From assembly GCF_963921235.1 (NCBI RefSeq), contig NC_086109.1:20772001-20836000 (forward strand): DNA of 64,000 bases, given 5' to 3'. Position 1 is the stretch's first letter; every line of letters begins with the position of its first letter. Both the position numbers and the translations under genes were made by a program. Under the pieces are notes generated by a model that made no database searches, was not told where the DNA came from, and saw nothing but the letters and a program-made list of their open reading frames with translations. This document shows, piece after piece, positions 24,381 through 37,165 of this stretch. Source of the stretch: Mobula hypostoma. Its lineage: Eukaryota.

Positions 24381-26430
24381 TGCTGCCAAGTTCTTTTGAG
24401 TGACTGTAAATAAACAAAATTAGTGCAGACACCTAGTGTAGATAATGGACTCCCTTCATACAATGCTTTCAATCATTGCATCTTCTAAATCTTCTTTACC
24501 ATTGTAACATTCAAGATGATTGTCGATACCTTCAAATTCTTCATAGTTCCTAACTTGTTGAAGTAGTAAAATAATTTCCTTTTCACTCTCAGCTGTTTCT
24601 GGCACCTCCAAGTCTGAATGCTTGAAAACGCAGTGTGCAAAATAATTCTAAATTGTCTTGCTTATTTCTCACCAACTAACAGTGACAAAAATGAACGCTT
24701 TTTGAACTCAACACATGCAACTACAGCTATTTTTTAAAACTGTTTGCTCTAAGTACGGTACAGTGTCTAACAGCCACACAAGTTCACGGGATTCATGCTA
24801 ATTAGAAATTGTTCGATAATAGTTCCCTGTCCCAATTAAGCAGCATAGTGTTACAAATAACCCAACTATTTTCTAGATTAGTTTTTGTTCTTTAAGAGTT
24901 GTCCCAGTTAAGTGGCTGCCACTGATTAACCAATGGACCAATTAACCAGAATTCACTGCATATCTTTAGATGGCTTGGTATTAATTTTTGCCTGATTTCC
25001 CACTTGCGAATCACCTTGGGACATTTAATAGACAGGTGCTTTATGAAGACTTAATGATGTTAATAGAGCTGTCTTGCAAATTAATTGCATCACAATAAGC
25101 TTCATCTGGTTATTGTTTTGAGAGAAATATATTAAAGGCTTCCATTTATTATCAGAGAATGTATGCAGTATACAACCTGAAATTAGTCTTCGCAGCCATC
25201 CACGAAAAACAGAAAGACCCCAAAAGAATGAACGACAGAGAAACTGCTCGAACCCCCTCTCCATTCCAGCAAAAATCATCTGTGCCCACCATCCACCAAG
25301 CAAGCAATAGCAAAGCACCCAAATGATCTGCAGTCAACAAAAGCTATTGTTTACCTGACAGTTGAACATGCTACTGGCTGTCTCTCACTAACAAGGTAGA
25401 GAGAGGTCTCACCTATTTCACAGTGAAAGGGGTGACCAACAATAATCATTATGATGTTACAGTTTCTTCTGCGATTCTCTGACTTGAGAATTGACAGCCA
25501 TCTCTCCCCACCATCGAGAAGATGAGAGTGAGAGGGAGTGCTCGCTCGAGTACAGAGACCTCCGCCTGCCGTATCCACTGCCACAAAATCCTGATGTTCC
25601 TTCTCCTGCGATTCCTCAGTTGGTGGCACCGGCCTGGAATCAGTTGCCCACAAGGTCGCGCGGGGCCGCACCCTGGAGGTGTGTCTTCCATGCCACACCT
25701 GGGGAATGCCGGGAAATGGCCGGTCGGTGAGCTCCAGGAACTGATCCGCCATGAAAAACTACAGTGTGAGTGATGTTGATGGAACCCCAACAACCGTGAA
25801 AAGAGAAAAAGAAACATTAAAAGAGGGGAATTTAAGCTGTTTACGCAGATGACCTCGAAGAGGCAGCCATTGGTGCCATCTAAACTCGACCCACTTGCAT
25901 ATGAGTATAAACTGAACACAAGTACATTTTCTTCCTTTGCATCTTATGTGTGCAAATTCTATCCTTTTTGACCAATAGTGACATATTTATCGTTAAGATA
26001 TTGTGCTGGATTTAATGAATATTTAACTGACATTTTTATAGTCATCTTACTGCACTATTTGTGCCTTAATATCACTCTGAATTATGCAGTGCTAAATAAT
26101 CAGTATTCTTAACTTTGGCGTACTGTGGGTTGTTCAGGTAGCAATGTTTAAGAATCTCAGAGTCAAAACTTGTAAATAGATCCATTCCCCCTTTTCCTTC
26201 AGATTTCCAACAGATTAGTTTGCAATGGCAACATCAGAGTCTGTTCCTGTTAGTTCAAAGCATCCTTGATACTTAAAACATACAAATTTATATTAGACAC
26301 TTTTGTATTAACATGTATTGACTGTATTCATAATCTTAATTGTTACATTCAGCACTAACTATTTTGAGATTAAAATAATTTGGCTTAAATTACCAGTTAT
26401 GGTTTGAAAAAAAATATTTTCAATTTTCAG

Positions 26431-26482
26431 ATGTACGTGTGCTAATGAATAATGACAGCCTTCTCAAGGAAGCAACTGCAAA
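26431..26482 (+). CDS. capza: CAPZA coding exon 3 (52 nt)
   Basis: tttcag acceptor and gtaagt donor; (D)VRVLMNNDSLLKEATA(N); phase fits exons 2 and 4. Confidence 0.94.
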
Positions 26483-26831
26483 GTAAGTCTTAAGCTTTTT
26501 CATATTTTTCAGATGAAATGTTCGCATTGGCGTGTGGGATGGCACTGATATACTTGTTGCTCTTTTTTTTTTACGTGTCATTTGCAATATCTTTTATTTT
26601 TGGTGGTTGAATAGTTCATGTATATTGCCAATCTTCAGGTATTTCTACTGTCCAATGGTGGTGATTCCATTTATTTATTTTATTGGAGAACTTTATCACT
26701 AGTTGTTCAGATCAAAACATTTCCAAGGCAAGGTGATGGGCCAACTGTGCTTTAATTTGTGGGGCGTAGTATCAACATCATGAGGCACACCTTTGTTTTC
26801 CAGCTGGTAGAAGTATAGAGCTTAACTTGGC

Positions 26832-27794
26832 CTTACTGCCTCTTACACCAGTGGTGTTTAAGGCAGCACTGAAGCTTCTCCATTTCTGGTGGTGTTCAGT
26901 AGTTTGTGTCAGTAGTTTCCGCTAAGTTTTCACAACTGTCATTCATGCAAGTCCCGGGTGGAGACTCAGGAATACTATCACACTCAGATGTAGAAGGATT
27001 CTTCATTACTGTTTCCTTAACAGTTTTGTTTTTCTAGTCAGGGTTGTTAGCCCTGAGCTTAGTCTGTTTTCTACCTTTTGACCTGTTTGGCATGGAAGTG
27101 TTAAAGTTGAATCTGAGTAAAACTCGGGAGACCAGCTTCTCATCGTCACCACAGTTTATTGCGCACTCTCCTGCAGGAGTTTGAGACCCAATTGTCAAAG
27201 GGAAGGCACGTAAGCACTGCCACCTTCTGACAAATAGACTGACTTAGTCAGGTTACGGCCGTATATTTATACATAGTAAGCCCCAAACATTACTGTTGCA
27301 AGATGTTATTTGAATTGGTACGCCCACCAAGTCTGTTGGTGCAAAACTTAATTACATAGATAAGAGAGTCCACTAAATCAAGGTTTTAATTACAGATGGA
27401 TGTACTGTCCTGTCCTTATCAGTTATTCCCTTTGCAAGGCCCTGACTTAATTACAGACAGATATTCATTCCTGTCCTTATCAGCGAGTCTTCCTCTCCTC
27501 CCTAATCAAACAAGGGTACAATGTATAATATATAACGTTACCAACCTCCCAATGTCTCTCTGCAAGCCAAAAAGAACTGATAATGAGCCTGTCCTAGCTA
27601 ACCGCTGAAGACAGAGTTTACTTCAGTTCAAAAATTCCTATTCAGTCCCAATTATTCTTTTAGCCAGAGGTTCAAAATGATTTTTTTTATATATATCCTC
27701 AATTCCTCAGTAGACCCTACCAAGAGCCAAAGCTTACAACCCTAAATCCAGCACGCAAGCCTCCAAGCCCTATGATGTGGTCCTCTTGGAGGAG
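26832..27794 (-). mobile_element. second copy of the RTE-derived element, split by the solo LTR
   Basis: Aligns to 7075-7495 on both sides of 27099-27709 (…ctgtttggcatgg | gaccctaccaagagc…). Confidence 0.65.
27099..27709 (-). mobile_element. solo LTR of a different family from the provirus
   Basis: TG...CA ends, 4-bp flanks gaag/gtag, TATA-like motif and AATAAA on the - strand, internal repeats (ttaattaca x3, ctgtccttatcag x2); cleanly splits an RTE-derived repeat. Confidence 0.7.
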
Positions 27795-28501
27795 TATAGA
27801 TAGTTGTGAATAAAAACCCTATTTAAGTTCTATGCTGTATGTACAATGGGCAGCTTTTTTATGTCAGGAGCTTCATTTTGCATTACTTTGATTTGGGGAA
27901 AGCTTTGTGTCTCAGTGGAAACCTTTGCAAATGAGGAGCTGGTTGCTCGTCACAATATTTCAATTCAAGTCTGCTTTTATGTAGGAGTCATTTCAGTTGA
28001 TTGATTCAGGGTGTGCAATATAAATTAATCTCCAATTTTGAGTTGCATGCTTCCCTTGTTTGATGCATAACCAAGCAGAGAACTGGAGTTGGTTCCTGGG
28101 TTTAAAAAAAAATCTTGAATTTTTTTCAGAGCGGGGAGGAATAAAATTGAGCAATAGTAACTCCATCACAAGTTAAAGGATATAATCACAATGTAATGCT
28201 TTAACAGGTAGGCTTTATCATAAATATAGGCATGAGATTGCCAAGTGAGAAAAGTTGTTAGGAGGTATAGCAACATTTTCACTACATAACATTAGTTGCT
28301 CTGTCCCTTTTTTCTTTTAGCTCCACTTGTGTTCTTGTCATCTTTGCACCTCTTAAATGCCATTGCTTTTAAAAAAGCTCATTCTGAATTTTTGTAAAGA
28401 ATTTAAGTCTAGGAGTAAGGACCAGTTGTAATATTTCAAGTTTGCTGGTGATGTGGAGCCAGGTAGCAGTGTTATGAGCAGGATGCAGGGAGACTTTAGA
28501 G

Positions 28502-28581
28502 TTAGGGTTCCCAACCTGGGGTCCACAAACCCCTCAGTTAATAGTAGGGGTCCCTGGCACGAGAATGGTTGGGAACCCGTG
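28502..28581. mobile_element. tiny hAT-type MITE
   Basis: gggttcccaacc...ggttgggaaccc inverted ends; degenerate 8-bp TSD ctttagag/cattggag. Confidence 0.6.
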
Positions 28582-29772
28582 CATTGGAGCAATATAGATA
28601 TATGAAATGAATGGCAGGTAAAATATCATCTGCTAAGAAATGTGGAGATGTCTAATTTGGTGGAAAAGGTAATAAAACAGGATATTTTTGGATCAGTATT
28701 GGGTTAATATCATCAGCAAATGTCTTGAAATTTTGTTAAATTTGTGGCAGCAGTACATGGAATAAATGATAAATATAGGGAAAAAAAAACCTGAATTACA
28801 GTTAGTATAAATATCTCTCTTTATATAAATCTAAATGTGTTATGTGTGTGTGCATGTGTGTATGTATGCGTGTGTGTGTCTATTAAGTAGTTAAGTTAAA
28901 ATAAGTGCAAAAAAAAACAGAAATAAAAATGTAGTGAGGTAGTATTCATGGGTTCAATATCCATTTAGAAATTGGATGGCAGAGGGGAAGAAGCTGTTCC
29001 TGAATTGCTGAGTGTGTGCCTTCAAGCTTCTGTACCTCTTTCCTGATTAGCAATGAGAATAACAAGAGGTAGGAAAGTAGCAGTGTTCTGGGGAAGCAGT
29101 GCTGGTGAAGGGTCTCGGCCAGAAATGTCAACTATACTCTTTTCCATAAATGCTGCCTGGTCTGCTGAGTTCCTCCAGCATTTTGTGTGGTTGCTGAGTA
29201 TTTGCCATGATCATATTGAGTGGTGGATCAAGCATAAGGAGCTGAATCATGTAATTCTGCTTTTATTTATTAGGTTCAAGAGTAGTAATGATTTGAATTA
29301 GATCCCCACAAAGGGTGGCTGCTCTTATAGGAGTTAGAGATGGGAAGAGGATAACAACAGTACTTTTTCCTTCAACTTTGGAGAATAGACTAAATAAGTG
29401 TCAAATACAAAATGGTTTGCACCCAGTAGGAATGTTGGTAAAAATTATAACTCAAAACATTCTTTGTGCCTTCATCCTTATCAGTGTTTGTGTTCAGACA
29501 ATTGTTGTAACCAAGACTGCTCACAGATTTGCTGATCTCCTTTATCATTGTCATTCCTTGAATATCTGCATTGCTAACCCTGCTGTCAGTTTGTGTTTTT
29601 TAAAAGAAGGCAAGATTTGTACCTGAAATATGAAGAAATAATTCTGAGGAAAGTGTGGTTAAATTGTCTACTTTTTGCTTAACAAAGATAAACTTGATTG
29701 ATGCCTCAACTTTTGTCAGAGCAGATTCCTCACTGATTATCCCAACAAGTTATATAATGAGGGATGTATAAC

Positions 29773-30975
29773 CAGTGGCCACTGTGTATGTTCATTGTCC
29801 TCTGTTGTAGCCCATCCATTTCAAGGTCAGCGGCTCGAGCGGCTCTTCTGCCCACCATTGTTGTGATGTGTGGATTTGGAGTTACTGTCACCTTTAGATC
29901 AGCTTGAAGAAGTCTGCCCATACTCCTCTGGCCTCTCTCATTCACAAGACATTTCCACCCACAGAACTGCCACTCACTAGATGTTTCTTGTTCCTCACAC
30001 CATCGTCTATAAACTGTTGTGCATGAAAATCCCAGGAGATCAGCAGTTTTTGAGAGACTCAAACCATGATGTGTGGCACCAACAATCATTTCCCAGTCAA
30101 AGTCACTAAGATCATGTTTCTTCCCCATTCTGATTTTGGTCTGAGCAACAGCTAAACCTCATGACCACGTCTGCATGCTTTTATGCATTGAGTGCTGCCA
30201 CATGATTAGCTGATCAGATATAAGACCATGAGGTATAGGAGCAGAATTAGGCCATTTGGCCCATTGGGTCTGCTGCACCAATTCATCATGGCTGATCCAT
30301 TTTCCCTCTCAACCCCAATCTCCTGCCACCTTTCCCTATCCCTTCACATCCTGACTAATCAAGAATCTATTAACTCTGCCTTAAATATACCCAGTGATTT
30401 GGCCTCCAGTGCCACATGTGGCAATAAATTCTGTAGAATCACCACCATCAGTTCCTTTTCATCTCCATTCTAAAAAGTCATCTCTCTATTCTGAGACTGT
30501 GTCCTCTGGTCCTAGACTTGCCCACCGTAGGAAACATCCTTTCTACGTCCACTCTTTTGAGGCCCTTCAACATTCAATGGGTTAATGAGGTCACCGCTCA
30601 CTCTTCTGAATTCCAGTGAATACAGTCCCAGAGCCATCAAACGCTTTTCATATAACAAGCCTTTGAATCTCAGAATCAATTTTGTGAACCTCCTACGAAC
30701 CCTCTCCAAGGTCAGCACATCCTTCCTTAAAAAGGGGGCCCAAAACTGCTCTCAATACTCTAAGTGAAGCCCCACCAGTGCTTTATATAGCCTCAATATT
30801 GCATTCTTGATTTTATATTCTAGTCCTCTTGAAATGAATGCTAACATTACATTTGCTTTCCTTACCTCTGACACAACCTGCAAATTAACCTTTAGGAAAT
30901 CCTGCACAAAAACTTCAAGGTCCTACATCAATGAGCAAGTGTACAAGGGTAGCTAATAAAGTGGCCACTAAGTAT
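29773..30975 (-). mobile_element. Tc1-like transposon remnant interrupted by a CR1 fragment
   Basis: TIR cores cagtggccact and taataaagtggccact; ORF 29730-30128 resembles a Tc1 transposase N-terminus (MGKKHDLSDFD..IVGA..GLSLSKTADLLGFS). Confidence 0.8.
30221..30925 (-). mobile_element. CR1 3' fragment inserted in the Tc1 remnant
   Basis: LERVRRRFTKLI..LGLYSLEFRR; CR1 tail. Confidence 0.8.
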
Positions 30976-31095
30976 GATATTAACCATTGTTGTTATCTCA
31001 CCCAACCCCCATCCCCATCACAAACAGGCATTTGCGTTTTAGTAATCATTAGCTCCTCTGACCTTGAAGGGTTAGAGGAATGTTAATGTCTCTTA

Positions 31096-31325
31096 AGCAC
31101 AGTGGCCCAGTTAACAGAGCTGCTGCCTCACAGCGCCAGAGGCCTGGGTTCAGTCCAGACCTCGGCACTGCTTGTTGGGGAGTCCACATGTTTCCGTAGC
31201 TGTGTGAGTTTCTCCTGAGGATCCAGTTTCCTTCTACAGCCTGAACCTGTGTGGATGGATAGGTTAATTGTTCACAGTAAATTGCTCTGATGTGCAGGTG
31301 AATGATAGAATCTGGGGACAGTTGA
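31096..31325 (+). mobile_element. HE1/V-type SINE
   Basis: gcacagtggcccag..ctgcctcacagcgccag..gggttcagtcc head and V-domain. Confidence 0.68.
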
Positions 31326-31326
31326 T

Positions 31327-32110
31327 AAGACCATAGGATATAGGAGCAGAATTAGGCCATTCAGCCCGTCGAGTCTGCTCCGCCATTCCATCATGGCTGA
31401 TCTTGGATCCGACTCAAGCCCATACACCTGCCTTCTCACCATATCCTTTAATGCCCTGACCGATCAGGAATCTATCGACTTCCACCTTAAATATCCCCCT
31501 GGACTTGGCCTCCACCGTAGTCTGTGGCAGAGCATTCCACAGATTCACTTCTCCCTGGCTAATAATATTCCTCCTTACCTCTGTACTAAAGGGTTGCCCC
31601 TCAACTTTTAGGCTCTGCCCTTTAGTTCTGGATGCCCCCACCATAGGAAACCTCCTCTCCACATCCACCCTATCTAGTCCTTTCAACATTTGGTAGGTTT
31701 CAATGAGATCCCCCTTGCATTCTTCTGAATTCTAGTGAGTACAGGCCCAAAGCTGCCAAACTTTCCTCATTCAATAACATCTTCATTCCCAGAATCATCC
31801 TCCTGAACCTCCTCTGGACTCTCTCCAATGACAACACATCCTTTCTGAGATATGGGGACCAAAACTGTTGACAATACTCCTGACTAGTGTCTTATAATGG
31901 CTCAGCATTATCTCATTGCTTTTATATTCTATTCCCCTTGAAATAAATGCTAACATTGCATTTGCCGCCTTTATCACAGATCCAACTATAAATTAACCTT
32001 CTAGGAGTCTTGCACGAAGACTCCCAAGTCCCTCTGCATCTCTGATGTTTGAACCTTCTCCCCATTTAGATGATAGTTCGCACTATTGTTTCTATAATAC
32101 ATTTCCCAAC
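31327..32110 (-). mobile_element. CR1 3' fragment
   Basis: KAANAMLAFISRGIEYKS; VNLWNALPQ; tail starts at 31327. Confidence 0.85.
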
Positions 32111-32384
32111 ACTGTGTTTCATAGAACGTATGGAGAACAAGTTTAACGAATGATTAATTCCCAAGGAAGCAGTAGACGCTATCTCATTAAATATATTTAA
32201 GACACAACATAGATTTTTGCACAGTGGGTGAATTAACAGTTATAGGGAAATGCCAGGTAGGCGGAGTTGAGTCCAAGACCAGATCAGCCATGATCATATT
32301 AAATGGCAGAGCAGGCTTGATTGGCCAAATGGCCTACTCCTGATACTACTTGTGTTTCTTATTACTGTAAATGGGTGGTTTACT

Positions 32385-33610
32385 CCCACTGCAACTTATC
32401 TATCGCTACAATAGGTCAACGGCAGATGCAATCTCAATGGCTCTTCACATGGCTTTAGATCACCTGGACAATACAAACACCTATGTCAGGATGCTACTTG
32501 TTGACTATAGCTCAGTGTTTAACACCATCATTCCCACACTTCTGATTTATAAGCTGCAGAATCTGGGCCTCTGTAGCTCCCTGTGCAATTGGATCCTTGA
32601 CTTCCTAACCAGAAGACCACAATCTGTGCATTTTGTGATATCTCCTCATTAGCAATCAACACTGGCACACCTCAGGTGTGTGCTTAGCGCACTATTCTTC
32701 TCCCTGTATGTTCATGACTGTGTGGCTAGTAATAGCAAATGCTGGCTATATATTTGCTGATGCTACAACCATTGTTGGTAGAATCTCAGATGGAGATGAG
32801 AGGGGGTACAGGAGCTAGATAAACTCGCTAGTTGAGTGGTGTCGTACCAACAGCCTTGCACTCAATGTCAGTAAGATGAGAGAGCTGATTGTGGACTTTG
32901 GGAAGGGTAAGACGAGGGTATGTGAATCAATCCTCATAGAGGGATCAGAAGTGGAGAGAGTGAGCAATCTCAGGTTCCTGGGTGTGAAGATCTCTGAGGA
33001 TCGAACCTGGTCCCAACATATCGATGCAGCTATAAAGGCAAGACAGCGGCTATATTTCATTAGGAGTTTGAAGAGATTTGGTATGTCACCTAAAACATTC
33101 AAACATGTATATAGATGTATTGTGGAGAGCATTCTGACAGGCCGCATCACTGTCTGATATGTGGGGTGGGTGCGGGGAGAGGAGTGGGCTACTGCACAGG
33201 ACCAAAAGATTAACAGAAAGTTGTAAAATTAGTCGGCTCCATCTTGGGTAATGGCCTCTGTAGTATCCAAGACATCTTTAAGCAGCGGTGCCTCAGAAAG
33301 GCGGTGTCCATCATTAAGACCCCCATCACCTAGGACATGCCCTCTTTTCATTGTTACCATTGGGAAGGAGGTACAGAAGCCTGAAGGGGCACACTCAGTG
33401 ATTCAGGAACAGCTTCTTCCCATCCACCATACGATTCCTAAATGAACATTGAAACCACAAACTACTTTGCACTATTTTAATGTAACTATTTTAAACATAT
33501 ACTTACTGTAATTGATCTTTTTATATATTATTAGGTATTGCATTATACTGCTGCTGCTAAGTTAACAAATTTCAGGACACATGCTGGTGAATATAAACCT
33601 GACTGATTTT
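32385..33610 (+). mobile_element. Rex1/Babar-like LINE 3' portion
   Basis: [45 protein letters not shown]. Confidence 0.82.
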
Positions 33611-33799
33611 TGATCATCAGATTGGACTCAGTGGGCTGAAGGGCCTCTTTCTGTGCTGTATCTCTTTGTAGTTCAAAGAATAATCACTGTGAATGTTAGA
33701 AAATATCGATCAGCATTCTGCTTAAGATAGTTGTGCATCCAGGATAATTGTAATCAAAGTAAAAAGTAATGATGAAAGGCAGATTGTCATTGGCTAACT

Positions 33800-34005
33800 A
33801 TTAGAGTGCCAACAACTTGGGTTCAATTCCACCACTACTGGTGAACAGTTTGTATATTCTCCCTGTGATCTTATGGGTTTCCTCCCACATTACAAAGACG
33901 TATGGGTTAGTAAGTTAATTGGTCACGTGGGTGTAATTGGGCAGTGCAGGCTTGTTGGACTGGAAGGGTCTGTTACTGTGCTGTATCTCTGAAATAAAAA
34001 AATAA
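33800..34005 (+). mobile_element. HE1/V-type SINE ending ~20 nt before exon 4
   Basis: gggttcaattcc, gggtttcctcccaca, gtgctgtatctct followed by an A-rich tail. Confidence 0.68.
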
Positions 34006-34025
34006 ACTGCCTTTTCTTCTCACAG

Positions 34026-34089
34026 TGCCTTTGCCCAGTATAACATGGACCAGTTCACTCCTCTGAAACTGGAAGGCTATGAGGAGCAG
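34026..34089 (+). CDS. capza: CAPZA coding exon 4 (64 nt)
   Basis: ctcacag acceptor and gtaact donor; [21 protein letters not shown]. Confidence 0.96.
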
Positions 34090-35561
34090 GTAACTTGATA
34101 ACTGTTGGAGTGGGGCTGGGGGGCCGGGGAGGTAGGGGAGGATTGTAAAAAAAATAATTGCAAATAAATGGACAGTTTGCTTTGGTGGAGTAACTATGGT
34201 AGTAGAAGACAGTTGGTGTTGGTGAAACTGTACCCCAGGATAGGTGGTGCATCAAAAGTAATGACTAAGTATGTTGGCAATGTACCAGTTTCAATGAAAT
34301 TCTGTGAATATCCAATCTATAGACAGAAGAGTGATAGTTATATGTTTATACATCAAGATCACAGAATGCTGGAAATGCTCAATAATATTGGTATCGTCTG
34401 TGGAACAAGAAATTATTAACATTTTAGGCACAGGCATTTTATCAGAACTGAGGGTATTTTCAAGTTACTTTTCAGTAAGAGAGAAGGTGTAGGAGGGTAT
34501 GTTTTTTTTTAAAAAGAGGGAATATCTCTGGGCAAGTTCAAATTACTTAGTGGGAGCACTTACCAGTGCATTAAGCTACTTTGTCTGCAATGTATTGAAG
34601 ATGGCGGGGCTGTGGGATGTTTCCAGTAGGCCACATTCCATGAGCAGAATAAAGGAAGAAATACCAACATTATGTCAGATAGAAATGCTCAGTTCTGAAA
34701 CAGGTAGAAAGAGTGAACTGCCAAGATTTAGAGAATTTAATAGCTGTTTCAGAAGGTGCTGTGACCCTAGACATGATGTAGTATTGTTCCTCAAGCCTTC
34801 ATTGGGTCTTGTATAATGGTGCAGATGGCCACAGACAGAAAGTTTGATTCAAGGGTTCAGTTTAATATCAGAGAATATGTACAGTATCAACCTGAAATTA
34901 CTGTTCTCAGACATCCACAAAATAGAGAAAAAAAAACCAAAGAATGAATACCTGAAACGCCAGAACCCCAAAGCTTCTGTCCCCTCAAAAGAACACCATC
35001 TAACACCCAATGTGCAGAGGGGGAGAAGACACATCGTGCAACCAATAAAAGTAAGCAATAGCCTTCAGAACAAAAATGCACAGGCATGAAGTCTGGAGCA
35101 GGCATTGGATAAAGGATGGTGATGAAGAAAAGCTACTTTTCCCAGAGAGGAGTAAAAATGGAATTCTCTGTCCAGGGAAGCTGTGCAGACTGCCTCATTA
35201 AATATACTTAAGACACAGTTAGATTGATTTTTGCATCTCAGGAGAATTAGGGGATATTGGGAAAAGGCAGGTAGGTGGAACTGAGTTCACAGCCGGATCA
35301 GCCAATGTCGTTGAATGGCAGAGCAGACTTGATGTGCCAGATGGACGACTCCTCTTCCTATTTAATATATTCTGCTGTACTTTACACTATGCTAAAATAT
35401 AGTGCCTTAGCAGAGCCATGGATATACATACTGATTGAAAATATGATTTTTAACAGGGATGGTATAAAGATAAGTTATTTATAATCCGTGTACGTAAATA
35501 CAAATGCATCTATTTATTCTTAAACATTACAAGTATTAAAGTGTGGGATTTTGTATTATAG

Positions 35562-35768
35562 GTCCTGATTACAGAGCATGGCGATCTGGGTAATGGAAGA
35601 TTTGCAGACCCAAAGAATCAAATCTCCTTCAAATATGATCACATGAGGAAAGAAAGCAGTGATATCCAGCCCATGGCAGGCGAGGCTGCAATGGAATCAT
35701 GGCGGAGTGCCTGTGACACCGCTGTGCGCGCATACATGAAAAACCACTATCCCTGCGGCATCTGCACT
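35562..35768 (+). CDS. capza: CAPZA coding exon 5 (207 nt)
   Basis: ttatag acceptor and gttaag donor; [69 protein letters not shown]. Confidence 0.96.
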
Positions 35769-36074
35769 GTTAAGTCCTTTTGAAAATTCAATGCAATTTG
35801 TGTGACTGAATTTTTGCTGGTGGTAACCACCAAGTGCAGAATTCACATCTGTTAATTAATACTTCATTGGATTTGTATATGCACGTGAGATGATAACTGG
35901 CTGTAGGGTTCCTACTATATGTTATTAACCTGCTGTGTATATGCATATGAACTGTGAGATTAAGGATGGGCTTGATCCATCAACTGAAAACAACGCATAC
36001 AATATCAAAACTCGCGTTTAATATGCAGTTGAAATCCAGAGAATAAGGATAAAAGAAAGGACATCGAGTATAAA

Positions 36075-37165
36075 ATACAGAGGCTGGAGCAAAAATAATC
36101 TTCTGAAGGAACTCATTGGGTCAAGCAACGTCTGTGGAGGAAAATGGATTGTTGATATTTCAGATTGTGACTCATCATCTGGACTGGAAGAATGGAGGGA
36201 GGGATAGCTTGTAGAAAGAGATTAGAATGAGGAGTAGAGCAAACTTTGAAACAAGTTGAGAACAGGTTGATTGGCAGATGGGTCAGATTGGGGAGAAGAA
36301 AAGGGTGGAGATAGCAACAGAGGCTGACAAGTGATAGCTAAAGACTATCACTAAGAAACTGGGTTATGGAATCTCATAAGAATGAAAGGTGAGGGAGAAC
36401 CAAATAAGCGTGGCATAGTGGGCAGATGGAAGCGTTTTGGAGGAAGAGAGCCAGTGGGTGGACTGTGTAGGTGATGTGCAGAATCAGTAAGTGGGGGAGG
36501 AGAAAGAAAATGAAGGGCAGGGACTGACTTGTAAAGAAGAAGAGAAAGGGATAGAGAAGCAGATAATCTGAAAATGAAGAACTTGATGTTTATGCTGCCA
36601 GACTGCAGAGTACCCCGACAGAAAGTGAGATGCCATTCTGTTCAAATCTTTATACGTCCTCTCTAATAGAAACATAGAAACATAAAAAATAGGTGCAGGA
36701 GTAGGCCATTCGGCCCTTCGAGCCTGCACCGCCATTCAATATGATCATGGCTGATCATCCAACTCAGAACCCTATACCTGCCTTCTCTCCATACCCCCTG
36801 ATCCCTTTAGCCACAAGGGCCATATCTAACTCCCTTTTAAATATAGCCAATGATCTGACCTCAATTGTTTCCTGTGGCAGAGAATTCCACAGATTCACCA
36901 CTCTCTGTGTGAAGAAGTTTTTCCTCATCTCAGTCCTAAAAGGCTTCCCCTTTATCCTTAAACTGTGACCCCTCGTTCTGGACTTCCCCAACATCGGGAA
37001 CAATCTTCCTGCATCTAGCCTGTCCAATCCCTTTAGAATTTTATACGTTTCAATAAGATCCCCCCTCAATCTTTCAGTCCAGCTAATAGATCTCAACCCA
37101 AGATGCTAGCTCTCCATTTCCTAACACAGATGTGTACCCACTGAATTCCTCCAGCAGTTTTGTTT
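36075..37165 (-). mobile_element. Penelope 3' fragment interrupted by a CR1 3' end (36668-37075, - strand)
   Basis: gctggag..gaactca pseudo-LTR motifs at both ends; - strand HLTFCRGTLQSGSINI resembles a PLE C-terminus; CR1 ORF 36764-37096. Confidence 0.6.

Larger units (their letters stand above)
20994..24958. mobile_element. Tc1/mariner-pogo (Tigger-type) non-autonomous element carrying nested insertions
   Basis: Imperfect TIRs CAGTGGATTCCGGTTAATTGG and CCAATTAACCAGAATTCACTG; TA on the left, CA on the right. Confidence 0.7.
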
